Below are positions 43,411 through 55,384 of a DNA stretch of 64,000 nt, piece by piece. This stretch comes from the human T2T-CHM13v2.0 reference genome, Homo sapiens: assembly GCF_009914755.1 (NCBI RefSeq), contig NC_060925.1; one strand, 5' to 3'. The notes beneath the pieces were generated by a model. It ran no database searches. It was not told the DNA's origin and saw nothing but the letters and a program-made list of their open reading frames with translations. Both the position numbers and the translations under genes were made by a program. Position 1 is the stretch's first letter; every line of letters starts with the position of its first letter.

Positions 43411-43965
43411 GACAATTGCAGGCGAGCTGAAAATGTTCTTCGTTTATGGATCATTGAAGCCAAGGACCTTGCCCCTAAAAAGAAATATTTCTGCGAACTG
43501 TGCCTTGATGATACCCTCTTTGCTCGTACAACCAGCAAGACCAAAGCAGACAATATTTTCTGGGGCGAACATTTTGAATTCTTCAGCCTTCCACCTCTTC
43601 ATAGTATCACAGTTCACATTTACAAGGATGTGGAAAAAAAGAAAAAAAAGGACAAGAATAATTATGTAGGGCTAGTCAACATCCCCACTGCCAGTGTGAC
43701 TGGTCGCCAATTTGTAGAAAAGTGGTATCCAGTGAGTACACCTACACCCAACAAAGGAAAGACAGGAGGACCTTCTATTCGGATTAAATCACGTTTCCAA
43801 ACTATCACCATTCTGCCTATGGAGCAATACAAAGAATTTGCAGAATTTGTCACCAGCAACTACACCATGCTGTGTTCTGTCCTTGAGCCAGTAATTAGTG
43901 TGAGAAATAAAGAGGAGTTGGCTTGTGCCTTAGTGCACATTCTTCAAAGTACTGGCAGAGCCAAG
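43411..43965 (+). CDS. RASAL2: RASAL2 coding exon (555 nt), [19 protein letters not shown]...[13 protein letters not shown]2 domain and start of GAP domain
   Basis: ctctttatag acceptor, AAG|gtaagt donor; 185 open codons; C2 motifs [11 protein letters not shown] and FWGEHFEF; overlaps ORF 43630..44019. Confidence 0.97.
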
Positions 43966-45499
43966 GTAAGTGGAAAAGGGGGATTGCAGTACCTGAAGTC
44001 TCTTCCCTACCTTTCATAAACCAAGATATGGATATTGTAGAAATCCAAATTAGAGAAATGTGCTTTACTATTGGTCAAAACAAGAAGAATTAAGAAGAAA
44101 ACCTATTAGATCCAGAAAAGATGAAGATTATAAAACTAAACAAGTAAAATGGAGAGACCAGCAAATATTTAAAGCCAATTTGCATGAAACATAGATAACA
44201 CAGCCAGCTCTTTCTTGTCTGACAAAATAAATGGTAGGATTGGCACGATAACCCTACAGCATGTTCAAGGTTCCTTATCTTTAATTTAGTTCTAGAGTGT
44301 TGTATGGTGGTTTTCTTCCTCACTGTATTTTATTTAAGTTTAACTGATGACTGTATCCTCTAGGCACAGAAGGAAGTATTCCAGAAGCATATTGAGTATT
44401 AGCAAGAGTCTTTGTGGGATTAAAATCTATATTTAGAATAAAAATCCAAGGGATATGATACAATTGGTAGCTGTTTCATGATACACTTATTTCACCTTGG
44501 ATAGAAGTAAAAACTCAGGAATATTTTTTATTTAAAGGAGAAATATGCTGGTTGTGGGAAGAACAAAAACTAGTTGAGAGAGTCTTTGACCTATGAAGGA
44601 TATTAACTAGGAAGAGTTACCGTTATACTGTATGCAAACTGGTCATGATAAAATTACATCTCAGATCCAAAGAAACTCACAGCTAGAATAATGTATTTAG
44701 AACCAAACAAAGTACTATTACTATTTCTTGATATGTCGGAATATATCAATATATTCAATATTTAGTCTCTTATCTGGCTTCTATGGATTATAACTTTTGT
44801 GTTTAAATTTACTTATGATAATCTTGGGCATTCTGTCATTAAAAAGCTTATGAGTTTGGAGCGAGGTGTCACTGAAATTTTGAATTGTATGGATATATTT
44901 CTACTTTTCAGTTGCTCAAGGTTCAGAATATACATTAAGACTTTTTTAAATGACTTAATACTGATTTACGTACATTTTAGGTAGAATAAACACCCATTTA
45001 AAGTGGAAAAGTTCAGTAAGCTTTGACCGATTTTGCACCCATCGAAACCACCACTATGATCAAGATACAGAATGTTACCGTTACCCCCAAGAGTTTCCTC
45101 CTGTCTCTTAGCATTAAGTTTAATAGTGATTCCTAAGTCTACAACTCTGTTATACTGTTAAGCTGCCCCAGAGTAAGTCCCATTGATGTTTAAAATGCTT
45201 AATTTTAAAGTAAAAGTAAATCAGCATATTCCTCCTATTTTGGCATTTGCAGCCCTTGAAATATCCAATAATTATATAGCATTCAAAATATATGATGTTA
45301 TCACATTCAAACTGAACAACCAACATTGAGCTTTACTAGAAGTTCTTTAAGACTGTTGAGGAATGAAGCAGCTGTTTCTTTGCACCTTTATTTCCCCTTA
45401 TGCTATCCTTCTGGATTGATGGATGGATGGACGGATGGATGGGTGGGCGGGCAGACAGAAAGATAGCCTAGACAATGACTTCAAGTGATGAGTTCAGTA

Positions 45500-46080
45500 G
45501 ATTCTACATTGACACTGTGGACCGATTTGTAAGTATTATATATTGAACACCTAATATATGCCAGAAACTGTTAGGTGCTGGAGATATGGTGGTAAACAAA
45601 AACAGAAACTGGTTTTCTGGGGAAAATAAATATTAATCAAGTAATTACAGAAATAAATATGATTACAGTGAGAACTACAGAGGATAAAAAGAGAGATGAT
45701 ACTATGAAATGGAGCAAGGGGAGCTGACTAATGGAGTTCAGGGGCAATGTTGGTCAGGGACACCTTCACTGAGGAAATGATGTGTGAACTAAAATCCAAA
45801 GGATCCCAGGAATGAGCTACCTGACAGTGGGAGTGGAAGCAAGGGTGGGAGCAGAGCAGAACTGAGAACAGTATTTGGAAAAAAAAAAAAAAAGGCTTTG
45901 TGGTGAATAGAGAACATTGTGTGTGTTAGAAAGGGCTTGGTGTATTAAAGGACCTAAAAAGAAAAGGTACAAGGCTTGAAAGGTAGACAGAAACCAGAAA
46001 ATATAGGGACTTGTAGACTGCATTCAGAATTATGGCCTTTATCAAAAGTGCAATGGAAAATCTTTGAGGGAATTTTAAAT
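45500..46080 (-). mobile_element. L2 3' remnant with adjacent (GGAT)n at ~45411-45450
   Basis: tattgaacacctaatatatgccagaaactgttaggtgctggagata is the reverse L2 3' end. Confidence 0.65.
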
Positions 46081-46253
46081 GTAGGGGTAGGAACACCTAA
46101 CATTTTATCCTGATTGCTTTTTTTCCTTTCAGATGAATCTGATAGCTTTAGTTTTAAAGCAGCATTTCCAGGATGTCTGATATTTCAAAAGTCTCTTCTA
46201 ATGTGTATTATTTATTCAGTTGCTTTCTGCCTGATTGAACATTATTCTACCAG

Positions 46254-46398
46254 GATTTTCTGACTGACTTGGTGATGTCTGAGGTGGATCGTTGTGGAGA
46301 GCATGATGTCTTGATCTTCAGAGAGAACACTATTGCCACCAAATCCATTGAGGAATACCTCAAGTTGGTGGGACAACAGTATCTTCATGACGCACTGG
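46254..46398 (+). CDS. RASAL2: RASAL2 coding exon (145 nt), [48 protein letters not shown](G), RasGAP arginine finger
   Basis: ctaccag acceptor, G|gtatga donor; FRENT catalytic Arg codon AGA at 46320-46322; phase 0 to 1. Confidence 0.96.
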
Positions 46399-47072
46399 GT
46401 ATGAAAGAGAAAAACATCTATTTTCTTTTATTTACTTTTCAGTTTTAAGCTATTTCACCCCCATGAGACGAATTGAGCTCAAATTCTGCATGTTATTTAG
46501 TTCTAGCTGACTCAGGTGTTAAGGTTTGAATCATGGCTGTAAGAAGTCTGCAGTACTCACCAGTAGAGAAATAATAATAAATGTAGAAACAGAAACCTTG
46601 TCAGCATACACTGCTACCCCAGGTCCCCAGCTTCATGATTCCAGGATGCACAGTAATATCAGCAGTGTCCACTGATAGATCTGAGGTGGTCTGTTTTGCC
46701 CAAAGTTTTGGGTGTTTATATGATGATATTATTACCTAGTCTTGAGAGTGTTACCCTGACATTTGTTATCATGCATGCAAAACTCTAATCAAAAGTGAAG
46801 AAACTCTTGCCACTTCCCACAACTCCCCCACAAATTTCTGCCTTTCTCTAGAATTTTTAACATAACTAATTTTTGTCCAATCAGTAGTTCTTGCTGACTA
46901 GGCTACGCACTTGCAGTTCCAGATTTGGTCATGAAATTGAGGCATTAACCGCTAGAGTAAGGTACTGTGCTGGTCACTTTAATATACATCATGATAGAGC
47001 AGATGTGAGTTCCTTGAAGGAAATAGCCCTTTGTTTTACCTCCATATCCCCACTACCTGCACACACTGTTGA

Positions 47073-47385
47073 GCAGCACTGTCCGATAGAAATATGACCC
47101 ATGTGTGAATACTTTTATTTATTTTTATTTTTTGAGTAATTGTAAATTTTCTAGTAGTCACAGTATTAAAAAGGATGAAGAGAAACAGGTGAAATTGATA
47201 ACATATTTCATTTGACCCAGTATATCCAAATACTATTTAATGGTTTAGAAGAATAAAAGTTATTAATTAGGTGTTTTACTTTTTTATTCTTTTTGAAAAT
47301 CAGTGTGTATTTCACATGTATCACACATTTTAATTTGCACAAGCCATTTCTAATGCTCAACAGCCACGTGTGACTATCAAGAATA
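47073..47385. mobile_element. MER33/MER3-like hAT element
   Basis: gcagcactgtccgatagaaatat...aatgctcaacagccacgtgtgacta. Confidence 0.7.
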
Positions 47386-47909
47386 GAAAGTAAAAACATG
47401 TTGAATGATTGGAGAGATTTTTACCCTCGAGAAGTTTGCAATGTAAGGATATAACATTAGGGATATCTCTATACCAAAAAGAGACATTCTGTGTTCTTTC
47501 AAATAATTTTAAAAAAATTGAATCCAGCTGATAGAATTGTCAAACTTTCTGTGTGAAATACATTTATGTTTTGTATGTAGTTTGATGAATAGAAAGGTTA
47601 AAAACAGACATTGAGCAAGAGCAGATAAGATAAGAAGTAGCATGGGGGAAAGGACCCATAAACAAAAAGACATAGAGGTGGGACAGAACCAGGAATGTGT
47701 GGAATAAAACTATTTAGCTGGAAAAAGACATGAAAGAAACATGTGAACAACAACAACAAAAAGATTAAACAATAATTAGAACTAATTTGTGAAAACCTCA
47801 AATGCCTGGGTGAAGATTTAAAGTTTACAGTAATAACTGGAGAGCCACTGAAAGTTTTGAGCAGGTGTTTTCAGTGGAATTAACTTAGCAGACTGATTAA
47901 GACGAGTTG

Positions 47910-48078
47910 TATCCAGGCATGGTGGCTCACATCTATAGTTCCAGCTACTCAGGAGGCCAAGGTAAGAGAACTGCTTGAGCCCAGGAGTTCGAGGCAGCAG
48001 TGAGCTATGGTCACATCACTGCACTCCAGCCTGGGTGACAGAGAAAGACCTTGTCTTAAAAAAAAAAAATAAATAAAT
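47910..48078 (+). mobile_element. Alu right monomer (FRAM/AluJ)
   Basis: ccaggcatggtggctcacatctatagttccagctactc...gaccttgtcttaaaa. Confidence 0.85.
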
Positions 48079-48127
48079 AAAGGTGAAGAAAGCCTACTGA
48101 AAGCCAATCAATTAAGAAGCCATTGTA

Positions 48128-48405
48128 GGCTGGGCGCGGTGGCTCACACTTGTAATCCCAACACTTTAGGAGGCCGAGGCAGGCCCACCACCCAAGGTCA
48201 GGAGTTCGAGACCAGCCTGGCCAACATGCTGAAACCCCATCTCTACTAAAAATACAAAAATTAGCCAGGCATGGTGGCGGGCACCTGTAATCCCAGCTAA
48301 GGAGGCTGAGGCAGGAGAATTGCTTGAACCAGAGAGGTGGAAGTTGCGGTAAGCCAAGATTATACCATTGCACTCCAGCCTGGGAGACAAGAGCAAAACT
48401 CCTTC

Positions 48406-48437
<32 letters not shown>
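48128..48437 (+). mobile_element. AluS (Sp/Sq-like) element
   Basis: Full Alu with long poly(A); TSD aagccattgta. Confidence 0.95.
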
Positions 48438-48439
<2 letters not shown>

Positions 48440-51400
48440 CATTGTAATAAGAAAGAATGAGACTCTGAATGACTGTAATCATGCAAGTAAGAATAGAGAG
48501 GAAGACGGATATGAGAAATATTAAGGTTGAACTGATAGAACTTGGCAAATTTTTCAGTTTGTGGGAAGCAAGGAGGGAACGAATATTACAGAGAATTGTG
48601 GGGTGTTGTGAGTGACTAGGGGGATGATGAGATTCTTAACAGGAATAGAAACCACAGAAGTAGTAGGTGTGAAACAGTGGAAATTACATATATATTCAAT
48701 TTGAAGTTCTAGTAGGAAATCTCAGGGGTTTTAGATAGGCAATCTAAGATACCTGTCTAGCTGGCTGTTGGAAATTTGAGACTAATTTATGCTTGTGGAG
48801 AGGTTAAATGAAGCTGTAAGATTACCAGAGCAGGAAGAGAACAGGGCCAAGGATAGATCTTAGAGTGCACCTGGGTTTATGGTATAGAATGAAGAAGAGG
48901 AATCAGAGAAGTGATCAGAGAAAGAGAGAGCATCCAAAAAAGAAAGAAAACCAGGAAAATACTGAGTCCTAGATACCAATAGAGAAGAGAGCATCAGTAG
49001 AGTCAGAAATTATGGAAGGTAAAGAAAAAGAATGGATATTGCATTTGGCACCTTAAATATCACTAGTGATGGCTCACACTGGTTTCAGGAGGAAAGGAGG
49101 CAGGCTGTAAGGAATAGAGTGAGTCGCCATTCAAGAAACAGGATCACTGTGTTTACATGAAGCAGACACATTATAGTAGCTACTACAATTAGTTTCTGCT
49201 CTGAAGCAGATTTTTTGTCTTCCTGCTTATCTTCATATTTTTTTCTCTAATCATATAGACATTAAGAATGGTACAAAGAGCTTAAGAAAAGTACAAAGAG
49301 GTTTATAGTGTCATTTACATAAAGAGCTTATTACAGCCATAAATTATATCTCATGATTTGCTTTAATGATTTGTGTTTTGTTAAAAAAGTCCACCAAAAA
49401 AAAAAAGCATCTCAAACCGTATTCTCCATTCTATGGAGATAGGAGTGAGTATTTATTGACTATCTGCTTCTTTGAAATCAATTATTCATATTTGAAATTC
49501 AGTGTGCTAAACAGGATTTCTGAATGAAATAATTTCCAAAATGAAAAGTGGATACTAGTCTTTTTATAACAGTGAATGATTAAATGGCCGATGGGCTCAA
49601 TGAGGCATGAAAATTAATTCAGTGGACATGGAAAGAAATTCAATTAACCCCTCAGAAATCTCTGTAATAATATTTATAATCCAAGAGCAAGGGCCAGAGT
49701 AGTAAAAATGGCTGCTGCTTCTAAGAGCATAAGCAGAATTAATTGGTAAGCTTCTTCAGGACAGGGGCTGTATTGTCTTCTTCTCGTTAAAGTTTTGCTA
49801 TATTTCATATACTTTGGGCAGGAAATAGATGCTGTTTCCAGACTGCTTGAAGAATTTTCAGAGAGAATTGATTTTAAAAGTTGCCAGTAATAGTGTACGA
49901 TATCTGTCTGCTTCTTAGCCAGTCCTTATCTTAATTAAAGCGTCACTCTTTCTGCACAGACTCTGCATTGTTTAGACTTGAATCTTCCATCTATTATCCC
50001 ATTTTACCTTTCCAATTGAAATCAGATTGCACCTTGGTATCCTGTGACACACAGGAAATACTATCTGTGAGATACACTAAAGAAAGCCCTGATGAAAAGA
50101 CCTGATTTCCACTTGTAGCAGTGGAGGCAGGTTTCTTTCGGCAGTAATATGTCCATCCTTGTTGACTTATTCCTACATGTGAAATTTTTATGCCAGATAG
50201 TAATGAGTTAATGATTTACATAGAAAATACATCATAGAACATTCTGGGCACAAACTTAACATGTAAACAACATAACAAGCACCCCCTTTGGCTCTGGTTT
50301 TTTTTTCAAATGCAAGAAGGCAAACTTAAGTGGGTTTTTTAATCTGTGTTGGTAATTAAGCACCTTCTAGTTACAAATCAATAAAAGCCTCTCCTTTCAA
50401 TATGGTACATTCTGCATGCTCAAACATTGGTTATTGTTTCAACAGTTAAAGTATTATTTTTCTATTTTGGAGCATTTTAAATATGTGATAATCAGGGACA
50501 AAAACTTTTTAAGCTGGTACTATAGACAATTAATTTACTTCTGGGCCCTGGAGTTATTTATCTGGCACTTTTCTTGAAGAATTAAAGAAAAATATGGTTA
50601 ATATTCATGTTTTTTATTAATATTAGTATTTTTTCCCTTGAATACATATAACCTAAAAGAAGTCACTAAACAGAATATTTAGGATACAGGTGTAGAGTTT
50701 GGCCAGTTTTTACATGGGATATTTGACATTGATTTCTTAGTTTTAAATTTAGGTACTCTTTAAATGAAGTTTAATTGTGGAAACACATAGCACAGGAGAC
50801 ATAGAGAACATATTGACTACATATCTTGGGAGAATTGATAACATTTTAAAACAGTCTTTTACTAGTTTTGGCCATTTCACCTGACAAAAAATTATTCAAA
50901 AGTTGCATGATTTTTAAATTAAAATACTTTTTGTATGGTGCACCTACTAAGAGCCAGGTACCATATTAGATGCTTTTCATGCATTATGTCTGTTCCTCAC
51001 CACAACTCTACAGGATGGTTGCTATTAACACTGTTTTACAAACAAGACAGCTGAAACTCAGACGAATTAAGTGACTTTTCCAGGCCCCACAGTCAGTTAA
51101 ATGATGGATCCGGATTTGAGCCTAGATCTCTGACCTCAATGCCTTTAATTTTTCTGTGCACCACTTTCCTTTCTGTATACCACATTGTTTCCTGTTCTCT
51201 AAGCATTTTTCCTCAAAATTATCGCTTCTCATCTCCTGTCACGGGTATTTTTAAAAGCTTTCATTTATCCAAATACTAACCACTTTGATAGAAATGCTCT
51301 TTCTGCTGCTGATGCTGCTACTTAGTTTTGCAGGCATTATTGTTCACTTTCATGAAGTCTGTTATAACTAGCCTGAACCTCAAGTAATAAACACATATTT

Positions 51401-52306
51401 AGGAGGATCTTTGAAAGATCCACTCCTCTTTCATAAAGACCTATAAAAAACCAAGAATACATACTGCCATCTCTGATAAATATTTATTGAGCACCTGTAA
51501 CATTTTGGGAGCTATTCAGAAGAGTCAAGATTTGAACATGAATAAAACCTAGTACCTAACCTCTGAAGGTATTCATCCTAGGAATGAAACAAACACAAAT
51601 AATGAGAAATATGAAGTAGTCGAAGATATACAAGGTATGGTGTATACTAGAGGATAAACAGGTAAGGTAGGAATTTGTTCTTTCAGGGAATAGTGGGTGT
51701 ATCTTCATAGAGCATAGGCCGTATGAACACGGCTTCTAAACTAAATTTATATGGAAAAGCATATACAGATTATGTAAGGAGATCTGCTATATTATTGTGC
51801 AATGTTGAATGACTGTCTCCGTTACAAGAGGTAAACATAGAAGATAGATCCTTACTTGCATCCGTGTTTGGCACCAACATTAGCACTTAAAACCTTCACT
51901 GGACTATTCAATCAAGCTTGGGTCATTTGTTCTTCTAGAATAACAATAATAGTCACCTAAGTAGAGCGAGCCTTAAAACATAACAAGTTTGTACTAATTA
52001 AACATATATTTAGTTTAATACATTTTTTGAGTAGTATCATTACCACTTTTATAAATACTGTGATGATGATGTTAGTGATTGCTGTTATTCCACTTCCAGG
52101 ATAAGAAAAATAAACATGATATGTAGGATGTGGCAACTCTTGGGTTCCAAAGCAATGAGGCTTCATGGGCCATCTTTTGTGCCCTCCCTGTCAGATCTAG
52201 AAAAGAATTCCCCATTATACGTTTTAGGACAGAAATCATAAGTCCTTTTATTCTATTCAGGAAGACACTGTTTATAGCTATACCGTTATCTTCTCTCTTC
52301 AAATAG

Positions 52307-52451
52307 GGGAGTTTATCAAAGCTTTGTATGAGTCCGATGAGAACTGTGAAGTGGATCCCAGCAAATGTTCATCTAGTGAACTGATAGACCATCAGAGCAA
52401 CCTGAAAATGTGCTGTGAGCTGGCTTTCTGCAAGATCATCAACTCTTACTG
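52307..52451 (+). CDS. RASAL2: RASAL2 coding exon (145 nt), [47 protein letters not shown](C), RasGAP domain
   Basis: ctcttcaaatag acceptor, TG|gtgagc donor; CEVDP motif; phase 1 to 2. Confidence 0.96.
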
Positions 52452-52473
52452 GTGAGCTTATCTTATCCTCTGC

Positions 52474-52539
52474 CTTACATTTTTTCATGTAAAGGTCATC
52501 ACAGTGGAACTTACATTTTTTCATGTAAAAGTCATCACA
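52474..52539 (+). repeat. 30-bp direct repeat, period 36, one mismatch
   Basis: cttacattttttcatgtaaaggtcatcaca (52474-52503) and cttacattttttcatgtaaaagtcatcaca (52510-52539). Confidence 0.92.
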
Positions 52540-53151
52540 ATGTTAACAATTATTTTACAACCAAAGGGGAGGGTCTTGGAGAAAAATTGAAAGTTTCCCT
52601 AATACAGTCCCGTCTAAAATTGAAATCTCTATTGTAAGCAGAAGTACTTTTGAACTGGCTATCTACATAAATATAATCTCTCTAATAGAATATTAGTACT
52701 ATAGCCTCTAATATCAAAAGTATTTCTTTTGCTTTCTAAAATATTTACTAGTGTTGAACAGATGTGTTCATGAATTTTGATCATTGCTCTAACTCCAGCA
52801 ATTGGCGAAATTTTGGAAGATTTTTGATAAACAGTCTTTAGAGAGATTATGGTGAGTTATACTAAACCAGATGGTTTAGTCAGGAGCCTCATGCCATTTT
52901 CCCACTTTGCAAAACTAAATTTAAACTAATCCAGAGTTCTGTAGCCTTGGGTTTCCAGTCTCCATCTGGCCTCTGTGAATTTTCCACCGCCTCTCAGCCA
53001 TGAATCAGGTAAAACCTCATCCCGGAATTTCTACTAGGTCCTCCTCACAGCCTGACTCTTAAGCAAAAGTATATTGGGTCAGGGTGGAATCACTTGTGCT
53101 TGTACTGGTACTTCTGTGTTTAGAGGTTTTGGTACTTCTTTCCTTCCCTAG

Positions 53152-53388
53152 TGTTTTCCCTCGTGAGTTGAAAGAAGTGTTTGCATCATGGAAGCAGCAG
53201 TGCCTGAACCGTGGCAAGCAAGACATCAGCGAGAGGCTCATCAGTGCCTCATTATTTCTCCGTTTTCTGTGTCCAGCCATTATGTCTCCCAGTCTTTTCA
53301 ACCTTATGCAGGAGTATCCTGATGACCGCACATCTCGGACTCTAACTCTTATTGCCAAGGTCATTCAGAACCTGGCCAACTTTGCCAA
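53152..53388 (+). CDS. RASAL2: RASAL2 coding exon (237 nt), [10 protein letters not shown]...[15 protein letters not shown]...[12 protein letters not shown](K), RasGAP signature
   Basis: ccttccctag acceptor, AA|gtaggt donor; [12 protein letters not shown] and AKVIQNLAN motifs (FLR at 53255-53263); phase 2 to 2. Confidence 0.97.
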
Positions 53389-53489
53389 GTAGGTGATACT
53401 GTTGTAACCACTTTAAAAACACAGTTTAAAAAATACTTGAGGCCTAAAATTTGGATGAGGGTTGGGAGCCTCATCACTCATGTTACCAG

Positions 53490-54290
53490 ATTTTCACTGT
53501 GTTATTAATAAATATAGCAAAAAAATGGAAACAACTTAATCACTTCATAGAGGAATGGTTAAGTAACCTATGATACATGCATTCAATGGAATATTTGCAG
53601 GCACTACAAACTGTTTACAAAAACTATCTAATAATATAGAGCATGAAGATAAAATTATATTAAAAGTGCTGATAAAAATACTTTAGTGGGAAAAAAAGGG
53701 CAGAATAAAAAGTGGTATGTATACTGTTATCCCAGCAATATGAAAACACAAAAATCTAAGTATAAAAAAAGTTGGGAAGAAAAGACAAATTCTGCGGTTA
53801 CAATGTCTAAGACAATTATCCTGGCCACTTCAAAAAAGACAATTTTATGAAAAATGCAAAAGATGGAGGGGGGCTGTTCTAGATTAAAAGAGATTAAATG
53901 CAATACTTGAAACTTATTTGGATCTTAAGTTGGAAAAATATATATATATGTCCTTTTGGGGGCAATGGGTGGAATTTAAATATATAGATAAGATAATTCG
54001 TGAATAATGTTTTTAAAAGTTTTAGTGTGATAATAGCATTGGTTTATGTAAGAGATATTCCTTATTCTGAAGAAATGGACGCTAAACTATTTAGAGGTGA
54101 TGTCTGCAACTTAGTTTAAAATGGTTCCAGAAAGAAAAAAAAAAAAATCTGTCTAGAAAGAGAGGGTGTGAAAGCAAACTTGGCAAATATAACAGTTGGT
54201 TATTGTAGATGAAAGGCATATGGGTATTCATTGTATATTCTTTCAACTTTTCTGTAGGTTTAAAATTTTTCAAAAGAAAATTAGGAGAAA
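53490..54290 (+). mobile_element. Old L1M 3'UTR remnants
   Basis: aaatggaaacaactt...gaatggttaagtaa; ttctttcaacttttctgtaggtttaaaatttttcaaa. Confidence 0.55.
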
Positions 54291-55182
54291 ACAGTTGGGA
54301 AGGAAATGTACTAAAATATAAACAGCAGATATATTTGGGTAGCTTGAATGATACATCCACACTTTTTTCTTTCTACTTTTCATTGTTTCAAACTTTTTTC
54401 AGTAAGTTTATGATATTTTTATAATTTATAGAAAATAAATTTAAGAAATGGCTGGGAAGGAATTCACATTTACAGAACTGACCACAGATTTACTCAGTAT
54501 TGATGCTTAAAGACAAGTTTCTGTTAGCAATGTATTGAAGAAAAAAATTGGAACTTCAGTGAACAGATTGTTTTCTAGTATAAGTGGTGGCTTTTTAGAG
54601 GTGTACTATTTTAATTTTGTATAATTTATATATAAGCCAATGCAGAAATATACATATTTATCGATATTTGAGCTAAAAATATTTATATTTTATTTTGGAA
54701 CAGGTTTTATGGACTTAAACTAGGCCCTGCAGATAGCTAGAATCTAGATAGGCAAAGGAGAGAAGTTTTTCTCTAGTGCAAGTAAATAGCATGGGCAAAA
54801 GCTTGGAGAAGAAAAAAATGTGTAATATATTTGGGAGACTTTGTAGAAGCTAGCAGTATTGAAGGTTTGTACTGGTGAGCTTTTGGTAGGTAAGTGAGGG
54901 CTATATTGCAGAGAAATTTAAATCCCAGAACTAAAAAAAAAAAAAAAAAAAGGAGTTTTGGCTTTACCCTTTAGAGAGAATAGAAAGCTATTCTCAAAGC
55001 ATTAGAATATTAAAGTGATATTAAGAAAGTATGTTATAACATTTATCACTTATAGATAATAAACAAAATTAGTCATTCCCTCCACAAAATAAAAAAAAGT
55101 AATAGTTCTGTGTAATGTCAAATCAAAATGATCATATCTCTCTTGAATATGTTCTTTCTCATTTTCTCATCCTCTACTTCAG

Positions 55183-55384
55183 GTTTGGTAACAAAGAGGA
55201 ATACATGGCATTCATGAATGATTTTTTAGAACATGAATGGGGTGGAATGAAGCGCTTTCTTTTGGAGATCTCTAATCCAGACACCATCTCAAACACCCCA
55301 GGCTTTGATGGTTACATTGATCTGGGCCGAGAGCTTTCAGTTTTGCATTCCTTACTGTGGGAAGTAGTTTCCCAACTTGATAAG
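55183..55384 (+). CDS. RASAL2: RASAL2 coding exon (202 nt), [16 protein letters not shown]...[12 protein letters not shown], end of RasGAP domain
   Basis: ctacttcag acceptor, AAG|gtaaag donor; KEEYM and YIDLGRELS motifs; phase 2 to 0. Confidence 0.96.

Noticed and set aside
53059-53364. Antisense or off-frame ORFs over exons (also 43344, 43394, 43662, 57432, 58483, 58968)
   Set aside because: Shadow ORFs of real coding exons with no independent signals.
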